In this document: positions 56,785 to 64,000 of the stretch, piece by piece | Numbering within the stretch: position 1 is the first letter of the stretch | How the letters are laid out: each line of letters opens with the position of its first letter | Assembly (NCBI GenBank): GCA_044222185.1 | Contig: JBGANV010000001.1 | Location: 960,001-1,024,000 of the forward strand | DNA: 64,000 bases | Reading direction: 5' to 3' | From: Planctomycetota bacterium | Lineage (GTDB): Bacteria > Planctomycetota > GCA-002687715 > CAIWVZ01 | Translations under genes and position numbers: made by a program | Notes under the pieces: model-generated | Databases searched by the model: none | The model's input: the letters and a program-made list of their open reading frames with translations, nothing else | What the model was told of the DNA's origin: nothing

Positions 56785-58402
56785 GGTCGAGTCCTCGTGG
56801 GTTCACCACCAGAGCACCAGTGTCACGGTAGAAGTTCAGATATGCAACTCGATAGTCGACGAGCGCCTCGACGAGGTCGTTCTCGGCGTTGACGAGCGAC
56901 TCCTGAGCTTCCAACAGGTCACGCGTCGTCGCGTCACCTCGCAGTTTGAATTCGTTCACGGATTCCACGCGGCGTTTCGCGACCGCCACGGCGCGCTCCT
57001 GGATGCGATAGGACTCCGTCGCCTGGGAGACCGTGCGCATCGCATCCCGGATCTGGCTCTTCACTCGGTCGGCGATCGACTCTTCGGCCCGAACCGCCTC
57101 CTCGAGGTCGAGGTGGGCCTGTCGCAGCGAGATGCTCTCGACGTCGCGGTCGAATCCCAGATCCGTGGAGACGCTCCCCGAGTACCGCCCGTTCTCGAAG
57201 CGGACCTTGAACGGCTTGAGGTTCTCCGAGTCGGGACGCGCCGACACGCTGAGATCCAGGCTCGGCAGGAGTGCGTTCTCGGCCACCAGAATCCGGCGGC
57301 GCGCGTCCGCGATCTGATCGTGCACGTTCTGAAGGTCCAGACGCAGCCGCACGGCATTGCGCATGGCGTCCCGCTCGTGCGCCACGAACGGCCTGTCGAG
57401 TTCCTTCACGAGGCGGTCCAGTTCCTCCTCCCCCAACGTGACCGGAAGGTCGACGGGAATCCCCAGGAGGATCTTGAACTCGTCCAGCTGCCCGCCGAAC
57501 GAGTTGTTCTGGGTGACGACCCGGTTGCGAGCACGAAGCTCGTCCTGGCGGGCCTGGTCCACTTCGATTTCCGTCAGTCGCTGGGCTTCGGCAAAAGCCT
57601 CGTTCCGCCGCCGGGCTTCGGTGATGCTCGCAAGGTTGCGTTCCTCGTTCTTCACGCGGCGGCCGGACGCCAGGAGTCGGTAGTAGCGGGCCTCGACGTC
57701 GACTGAGAACGTCTGCTTGAATCGTTCCAGATCACGGAGGGCGTAGATCACGTCCCGATCGGCCTGACGAAGGTTCTCCATCGCCACGTCCTCTCCCGCG
57801 CCCCGCAGGAAAGGAAGCGTCACGACGAGGTTCAGGAACGATGCGGCATTCTGCGCCGTCGGGCTGGTGATGAATCGGAGGAAGTCACCGCCGGCACTCA
57901 AGACGACCTGGCCGCCACGCTCGAGCACTTTCGTGACGCCGATCTCGCCCTGCGCGCCCAGGGTCGGGTTCGCATCGCTGCTGGCTGCGGTGCCGGAGAG
58001 GTCGAAGAACGGATTCGGGCGGAACCGCTCACGCTCCCGCATCAGCGAGAGGGCCGACTGGTAGAGGCGTTCCTTCTCCGTCTGGAACTCGCGTGAGTTC
58101 GTCGCGGCCAGGTCGAGGGCCTCGGCCAGGCCGATGTGCAGCGGAGTCGGGCGCGTGGCCAGCCCCGTTTCCGGGGCGACGGTCTCATCGCGGATGCGTC
58201 CCTGGGGCGTGCGCACGTCGAAGGGGCGAGTTTCGGCGAACTCCCTGACCTGCGCGTCGCGCACGATCGAGTCGGCCTCGGCGTCCACTTCGGCCAGTGC
58301 CTGCTCGGGAGAAAGGCAGCTGGACGTCGACAGCGCGAACGACAGACCAACGAGGAGCCACCAAGCTCCTGTACGACGACCCGACGGCGTTCGACCCTGC
58401 AC
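56750..58402 (-). CDS. TolC-family outer membrane efflux protein
   Basis: Amphipathic helical repeats, 'DLLEAQ'. GGAGG SD before GTG at 58402 (start re-chosen). Confidence 0.85.
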   Translation of the reverse strand: MQGRTPSGRRTGAWWLLVGLSFALSTSSCLSPEQALAEVDAEADSIVRDAQVREFAETRPFDVRTPQGRIRDETVAPETGLATRPTPLHIGLAEALDLAATNSREFQTEKERLYQSALSLMRERERFRPNPFFDLSGTAASSDANPTLGAQGEIGVTKVLERGGQVVLSAGGDFLRFITSPTAQNAASFLNLVVTLPFLRGAGEDVAMENLRQADRDVIYALRDLERFKQTFSVDVEARYYRLLASGRRVKNEERNLASITEARRRNEAFAEAQRLTEIEVDQARQDELRARNRVVTQNNSFGGQLDEFKILLGIPVDLPVTLGEEELDRLVKELDRPFVAHERDAMRNAVRLRLDLQNVHDQIADARRRILVAENALLPSLDLSVSARPDSENLKPFKVRFENGRYSGSVSTDLGFDRDVESISLRQAHLDLEEAVRAEESIADRVKSQIRDAMRTVSQATESYRIQERAVAVAKRRVESVNEFKLRGDATTRDLLEAQESLVNAENDLVEALVDYRVAYLNFYRDTGALVVNPRGLDHETSDALLQAP

Positions 58403-58562
58403 GGCACCTCCCGAACGGAACGGACACGCGACGACGAACTTGAACGGAAGGCTGCGAAGATACCTCCGCAGCGATTCCGGGGCCACCTTCACACCCACGG
58501 ACTCTCACGGTTCGGAACCCGCGAACTTTCGAGGGAATTCCCAAACGCACGACGCGGGATCC

Positions 58563-61205
58563 CTACTGCTGGAGGTCGTCGACGAGTTGCCGCAGTGCGT
58601 CCTGGACCGCTGGAGTGACTTTCATTCCGCCCGGCTGGGAAGCGAGTCGGAGCCCACGTTCGCCGGCCGCGCGCGCCTCCTCCCTTCGTCCGAGCTGCCT
58701 CAGGGCGAGTCCGTCATCGAGCCAGCTCGCCGGATCCGTGGGCGCCACCACGAGCCATCGTTCGGCTTCCGCGAGTACCTCCGCATCCCTTTTCGCGCGC
58801 TGGAGAATGCTCGAAAGCCGCAGGTGCGCGACCCGGTCCTTCCCGTCCACGGCGACGGCCTGCCGAAACGCGTCGATCGCTTCCTCGCTCCGATCGGTCT
58901 TGTCGAGGACGATCCCGAGGGTGACGAGGGCTCCGGGGATCCGCGGGTTCATCCTGACCGCGGTCCTGACGATGGGTTCGGCTTGCGCGTGCCGCTTCAT
59001 CTGGACGAGCATGTTCGCGAGCGTGGCGAACGTGCCCGCGTCGGTCGTTTGCAGCGCGATGGCACGCTGCATCGCATCCACCGCGCCGTCCGGGTCGCCC
59101 GAGACGAACAGGCAAAGCCCCAGGTGGTGCCATGCCGCGTCGAGGTCCGGGGCGAGTGCGAGTGCCGAGCGCGACGCCGCCATCGCGTCCGCCACCCGTC
59201 CAGCCGTGAACTCGAGCGCCGCGAGGTTCGACCAGGCCCGTGCGCGCTGCAGCGGAAGGTTCTCCGGAGGTGGCACCCCGCTGGCCTCGACCTCACGGGG
59301 CTCCGACCGGCGAAGGAACTCCCGGTACTCGGCCGCTGCGGCCTGCGGGTCCGCGGCCTCCAGCGCGAACGCCGTCAGGAACCGGTTGCGCAACGATCGT
59401 TCGGACCGCGCCCGAAGGACGTCGGCGGCCCGCCTTCCCGAGGCGGCATCGGCGGCAAGCCCGGCAGCGCGTGCCCACTCGGAGACGAAGAACTCCCGTG
59501 AGCGCGGTGACGCGGCCACGGCCGTCTCGATCCAACGGAGCCCCTCGGACGACTGGGCGCGTCCGTCGCCTCGTTTCGCCGAGGTCATGAGTTCGAGCCC
59601 ATGGACGAACATGTCGAGGGGATCGGTGGGAGCGGCGTCCGCCCGCGAATCGGTCGGCGTGCTCTCGGAACGGGCGCCCCGGCGGATCAGCCGCCGGCAG
59701 GCGGGGTGGTCGGAGCCGGGTGCCTCCGTGCGGAGGAACGTCACGGCATCGTCGCGCCTGTCGCCGATGTTCAGGCTCATCGCCACGCCCACGCGCGCTT
59801 CCACGCACGCGGGGTCCATTGCCAGGACCCGCCGAAACGTCGATTCGGCACGGCCACTCGCTCCCTGGCTCATGTCCCAGAACCCGTCGGCCAGGAGCGT
59901 TTCGATGTCGGCACCGCGTCGCTGCGCCTCGGCCTCCCGGAGCTTCGGGAGCTGGCCGATCGCCCATCCCACGACGGCCGCGAGAAGGACCAGCGTCGCG
60001 AGCAGCGCCGCGCGGACGGGCTCGCGCCGAATCCAGCGCGAGACCCGCTGGAGTCGCGTGACGGGGCGGGCACGGATCGGGCGCCGATGAAGCCACGCCT
60101 GGAGGTCGTCGGCAAGCGCCGCCGCCGTCCGGTAACGGCGCTCCGGCTCCTTGGCGAGCGCGGTCAAGGCGACGATCTCCAGGTCGCGCTCGACCGCCGG
60201 GTTCGATCGACGCAACGACGGCGGAGGATCCGACGTCACCATGCGGCACAACTGATCATGCGTCGGCGCCTCGAACGGGCGTTGTCCCGACAGGGATTCG
60301 AACATCGTGACGCCGAGCGAATACACATCCGACGCCGCGCCCGCCTCACCGCCCGCGATCTGTTCCGGTGACATGTATGCCGGAGTGCCGAAGAACTCTC
60401 CAGTGCGGGTCAACAACGACGCCTCGCCGTCGATGTCTCGGGCGACGCCGAAATCCAGAAGCACGGGCTCGCCATTCGCCATCACCATGATGTTCGCGGG
60501 CTTGATGTCGCGATGCACGACTCCCGCATCGTGTGCAACCTGGAGTGCGCGTGCCACCTTCTCGATGAGAGCGACGCGCGCGCGAATCTCGGCCGCGGCC
60601 GGGACGGTCCGCCGAGTCGTGGGAGTCGGCGTAGTCGGTGCGGAGCTCAGGGTGGCAGGCGTGGCGCCCTCGGACTGGCTCGCGGCGGCCGTCGCGCCCT
60701 CACCCGCATGGATGCGGCGTGAAAGCGTTTCACCCTCCACGTAGCGCATGGCGATGTACGGTTGACCGGAGTCCTCGCCCGCGTCGTAGACCGTGCAGAG
60801 CCCCGGGTGGTCCAGCCGAGAGGCGACCGCGGCCTCGCGGCGGAACCGAGCGAGGGCCGTCCCGGAGCGAAGGCGACCCATCGATACGACCTTCACGGCT
60901 ACGACACGATCGAGGCGCGTGTCGCGTGCGAGGTAGACGACTCCCTGCCCGCCGACGCCGAGTTCGCGAATGACCTGGTAGGGCCCGATTCGATCCGGCG
61001 TGTCGAATTGCGAAGTGCCCCTCGCAGGTGGATCCGCCTCGCGCATCCCCGCGACGGCTGCGAATTCACGGGAGATGCCCTCGGGGTCACCGGGGTACAG
61101 GGCAAGGTACTCATGCAGCTCGCGGGACACGCCCGCGTCGCGGTCTCGCCAGAACTGTTCGAGAAACCTCTCGAGCGGGGTGCCTTCCTGAGGAGACGGA
61201 CTCAT
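58563..61205 (-). CDS. Hanks-type Ser/Thr kinase with TM and TPR repeats
   Basis: GVGGQG, VAVK, HRDIKPAN, DFG, GTPAYMSPE, followed by TM and TPRs. Confidence 0.93.
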   Translation of the reverse strand: MSPSPQEGTPLERFLEQFWRDRDAGVSRELHEYLALYPGDPEGISREFAAVAGMREADPPARGTSQFDTPDRIGPYQVIRELGVGGQGVVYLARDTRLDRVVAVKVVSMGRLRSGTALARFRREAAVASRLDHPGLCTVYDAGEDSGQPYIAMRYVEGETLSRRIHAGEGATAAASQSEGATPATLSSAPTTPTPTTRRTVPAAAEIRARVALIEKVARALQVAHDAGVVHRDIKPANIMVMANGEPVLLDFGVARDIDGEASLLTRTGEFFGTPAYMSPEQIAGGEAGAASDVYSLGVTMFESLSGQRPFEAPTHDQLCRMVTSDPPPSLRRSNPAVERDLEIVALTALAKEPERRYRTAAALADDLQAWLHRRPIRARPVTRLQRVSRWIRREPVRAALLATLVLLAAVVGWAIGQLPKLREAEAQRRGADIETLLADGFWDMSQGASGRAESTFRRVLAMDPACVEARVGVAMSLNIGDRRDDAVTFLRTEAPGSDHPACRRLIRRGARSESTPTDSRADAAPTDPLDMFVHGLELMTSAKRGDGRAQSSEGLRWIETAVAASPRSREFFVSEWARAAGLAADAASGRRAADVLRARSERSLRNRFLTAFALEAADPQAAAAEYREFLRRSEPREVEASGVPPPENLPLQRARAWSNLAALEFTAGRVADAMAASRSALALAPDLDAAWHHLGLCLFVSGDPDGAVDAMQRAIALQTTDAGTFATLANMLVQMKRHAQAEPIVRTAVRMNPRIPGALVTLGIVLDKTDRSEEAIDAFRQAVAVDGKDRVAHLRLSSILQRAKRDAEVLAEAERWLVVAPTDPASWLDDGLALRQLGRREEARAAGERGLRLASQPGGMKVTPAVQDALRQLVDDLQQ

Positions 61206-61215
61206 TCGATCGAGA

Positions 61216-62598
61216 CTACCCCGCGCGATCGAACCGCGAGACACACTCCACGTGCGCCGTGCGGGGAAACTGGTCGACTGGCTGAACGGACGTCAGCCGG
61301 AACCCGGATTCCTTGAGCGCCTGCGCATCGCGACCGAGCGCCACCGGGTCACAGGAAATGAGGACGACGGAACGAGCTCGTGATCGTCCGATGGCACGCG
61401 GGACGAGCGATCCCAGACCCTTGCGCGGCGGGTCGGCGAGGACGACCTCGGGTGTGGCCTCTGCGAGGACCGCGTCGACCATGGCCTCCACGTCGCCCGT
61501 GCGGACGTCCACGTTCGAGCGCCCCGCGCGTGCGGCGTTCGACCGCGCACATTCGGCCGCGTCGACGGACGACTCGATGGCAACCACCTTCGTGAACCGT
61601 TCCGAGAGCGGAAGCGCGAGCGTTCCCACGCCGGTGAACAACTCGACGATGGAGGCGCCGCGTCCGGCCCAGTCGAGTGCGCGTCCGAACATCACTTCCG
61701 CCGCCGCGGGGTTGATCTGGAAGAAGCTCTTCGGCCCGATGGAGTAGCGATAACCGAGGATCGCCTCCTCCAACGTCGGCTCGCCGGCGACGAGGCGCGC
61801 GTCGCCGTCCAGAAGGTTGTTCCCGCTCGTCGTACTCTCGGCGGCCCATGCGGAGACCACGCCCGCACCCGCCTGATACAGCGCGGCCGCGACGTCCACT
61901 GCGTCACGCGCACCCGGTGTCGACGACGTGACCGTGAGCAGGATGCCGCCTGTCGCGCGCGAAAGCCGGGCGGTCACGTGACGCAATCCGCGACGGGACT
62001 CTTTCTCGCCCTCCGAGTGGACGTCGGCGCCGAACTGGCTGGCAGCAGCCCGCACCATGGCGAGCGCGCGTTGGATCTGTGGCGCAAGGACGGGACAGCC
62101 CTCGTTGTCCGTCACGTGGTGCGTGCCTTGAACGAACGACCCGAGGACGATCCGGTTCTCGTGGCGCGCAAACATCTGCTTCGCGAAGTGCCGATAGCCG
62201 AACGGCGACGTCGGAACGATGACCGCGGAGACAGAATCGGAGTCGCCGCTCCCGGAGACGCCGAGCGCGGACCTCACCCGGGTTTCCTTGAAGCGCGCCT
62301 CCGCCGCCGCTGAAAGGGAAACGAAGGGGCAACCGGTGCAATGGAACTCGTGCGCGCACGGATGCGAAACCCGGTCCGCCGACGCCTGGCGCACGCTCAA
62401 CACTCGCCCCTGCAACGCACCCTTGGTCGACACGTCGACGCGGTATTCCACCACCTCGCCCGGGTAGGCCTGAGGGATGACGACCGCGCGCGCCCCCTCG
62501 GTCGCTCGGCCGCGTCCGTCGGCTTGCAGGTCGAGGATCCGCGCCGTCGGACGGTGGACGTCCGGTGAGGATGAGCCGGGGCGTTGCTGAGTCCGCAT
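61216..62598 (-). CDS. rlmD: 23S rRNA m5U methyltransferase (RlmD/TrmA family)
   Basis: CAHEFHCTGC Fe-S motif, SFFQIN, DPPRKG, ISCDP, DQFPRTAHVE. Confidence 0.9.
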   Translation of the reverse strand: MRTQQRPGSSSPDVHRPTARILDLQADGRGRATEGARAVVIPQAYPGEVVEYRVDVSTKGALQGRVLSVRQASADRVSHPCAHEFHCTGCPFVSLSAAAEARFKETRVRSALGVSGSGDSDSVSAVIVPTSPFGYRHFAKQMFARHENRIVLGSFVQGTHHVTDNEGCPVLAPQIQRALAMVRAAASQFGADVHSEGEKESRRGLRHVTARLSRATGGILLTVTSSTPGARDAVDVAAALYQAGAGVVSAWAAESTTSGNNLLDGDARLVAGEPTLEEAILGYRYSIGPKSFFQINPAAAEVMFGRALDWAGRGASIVELFTGVGTLALPLSERFTKVVAIESSVDAAECARSNAARAGRSNVDVRTGDVEAMVDAVLAEATPEVVLADPPRKGLGSLVPRAIGRSRARSVVLISCDPVALGRDAQALKESGFRLTSVQPVDQFPRTAHVECVSRFDRAG

Positions 62599-62680
62599 GG
62601 CGAGAATCTACCCACTCCGCGCCCAAGAACCGTCCACAGACCACCTGACAGCCCTCGTTGCGTCGGGTACACTCGCGCCC

Positions 62681-62977
62681 ATGCTGCTCTTCGTGACGGT
62701 CATCCTCGTCTCCCTCGCACCAGCCTGCGACATCTCTCTCGAGAACCCGGGCGGATCCAAAGCCGGGGCCGCGTACAGCTTCACCGTCACGTCATCCGCC
62801 GTGCCCGTCACGATCACCGTCAACGTGGGACCGGATCAGCTCCAGAAGATCACCGTCAACGAGAAGCAACAGTCGGTGAGCATCACGATCCCGAACGACG
62901 CGCGCGGGAAGACTCTCGAGATCATCGCAGAGAACAACGACGGGTGCCTCGTGTCGTGGTCCGAAACGATCCAGTGA
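62681..62977 (+). CDS. Small hypothetical exported beta-rich protein
   Basis: Hydrophobic N-terminus ending LAPAC; coherent codon usage. Confidence 0.55.
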   Translation: MLLFVTVILVSLAPACDISLENPGGSKAGAAYSFTVTSSAVPVTITVNVGPDQLQKITVNEKQQSVSITIPNDARGKTLEIIAENNDGCLVSWSETIQ

Positions 62978-62978
62978 C

Positions 62979-64000
62979 GTGACCCGCACGGCCCTGACCC
63001 GCACGGCCCTGGCCTGCGCCATCTGCGTGCTGGCACTCTCGGCTCAGGACACGGCGCCGACGTCCCGGGGTGAACCATCGGCCTCCGCCATCGCGGATGC
63101 GCTCCTCTCCAACTCGCCGACGGTTCGGAAGTCCGGCCTCGCGAAGGCCCGCGCACGACTGGCGGAGATCACCCCGCCGCTCGTGACCCGCCTGAACGAC
63201 CCGTCGATCGACTCCGTCACGTTCGATTCCATCCGGAACCTGGGCGAGCTGCGGTCACCAAAGATCGCGGCGGCGCTCGCGGGGCTCGCTCTGCGCCCGA
63301 GCTTCCCATGGAAGCCGCAAGCCGTCGAAGCGCTCGCCGACCAGGAGTACGCGCCGGCCGCGACCGTGCTCGCCGGCGCACTCACGAGCCCCGTGGCCCG
63401 CGCTCGCGCCGCCGGTGCACGGGGGCTCGGCACCCTTCGTTCGATGAGCCATGCCGCGAGCCTTCGTCCGTTGCTCGACGACGAGGAGGGACCCGTGCGC
63501 ATCGAGGCGGCCCGCGCCCTCCACGCCATGGGCGACGAGACCGGCTTGTCGGTCGCGGTGCGCGACCTGACGCTCGATCGAAAGTTCGCAGACGCCGATC
63601 ACGGACTGACCGTCAGGGAAGCCGCGCGGAAGTTTCTCGGCGAGGTTCTCGGCGACCCCGCGGCCGCGGCCGACTCCCGCCCGGACTCCTGGGAGCCAGG
63701 CGCCGTGCTCGCTCGCCTGCGCGCCAAGTACCCTGGCGCCCCGATCCCCCAGTCCATCACGCCCCACGCTGCCGATCCGGGCGCCGGGTGCACTCACGCC
63801 GTGGAGGTTCGTTCGTGCATCGACGGAGATCTCCACCTGCGGATCCGTCGTGACGGCCTCGTGGCAGTCGGCCGCGACCTGGTGCGTACCTATTCCATCG
63901 ATCCCAAGCTCGCCGGCTCGGCCATCGATGCGCTGGCTACGCTCGAGCCCTCCGGCCGCGCGCGTCGTCGCATCCTCGGGCCCGTCACCTGTGACTTCGA
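62979..64000 (+). CDS. HEAT-repeat exported protein, 3'-truncated and absent from the ORF track
   Basis: GTG at 62979 gives MTRTALTRTALACAICVLALSAQD..., with HEAT-like 'LRPLLDDEEGPVRIEAARAL'. I saw no stop in the part I translated. Confidence 0.75.
   Translation, partial: MTRTALTRTALACAICVLALSAQDTAPTSRGEPSASAIADALLSNSPTVRKSGLAKARARLAEITPPLVTRLNDPSIDSVTFDSIRNLGELRSPKIAAALAGLALRPSFPWKPQAVEALADQEYAPAATVLAGALTSPVARARAAGARGLGTLRSMSHAASLRPLLDDEEGPVRIEAARALHAMGDETGLSVAVRDLTLDRKFADADHGLTVREAARKFLGEVLGDPAAAADSRPDSWEPGAVLARLRAKYPGAPIPQSITPHAADPGAGCTHAVEVRSCIDGDLHLRIRRDGLVAVGRDLVRTYSIDPKLAGSAIDALATLEPSGRARRRILGPVTCDF

Noticed and set aside
1-64000. CRISPR arrays, tRNA/rRNA, IS elements, integrases, prophage or defence islands
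   Set aside because: No spaced direct repeats, cloverleafs, transposase or integrase motifs, or compositional islands seen by eye

Overview
High-GC bacterial chromosomal segment with about 54 CDS. It is probably Planctomycetota, inferred from the ASPIC/UnbV protein, the long carboxypeptidase-regulatory-like protein, the Ser/Thr kinase-TPR protein and the TsaC-phosphatase fusion. I saw no rRNA, tRNA, CRISPR array or mobile element. In order, it holds: a 5'-truncated diguanylate cyclase; a Gld-like ABC/DUF4340 module; dnaK with a consensus sigma54 promoter and an upstream palindrome, preceded by an NtrC-type activator and a sensor-less histidine kinase whose phosphoacceptor His is Gln; a TsaC-LMW phosphatase fusion; a structured 690-bp intergenic region; PilZ, GT4, recD2 and GT2 genes; a cysteine dioxygenase/iscA/iscS/ygfZ/ferredoxin cluster; an nrdJ-dcd operon with an NrdR box, divergent from a core-methionine-synthase-like gene and pduO; a leucine-catabolism (liu) operon; a di-haem enzyme divergent from a pentahaem-TPR/ASPIC pair; a MacAB-TolC-like exporter; a Ser/Thr kinase; rlmD; and a 3'-truncated HEAT protein. 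The best candidate novel system is the pseudokinase/bEBP/sigma54-dnaK module. Family assignments come from motif recognition only; no database searches were run, and many start codons were re-chosen by eye.
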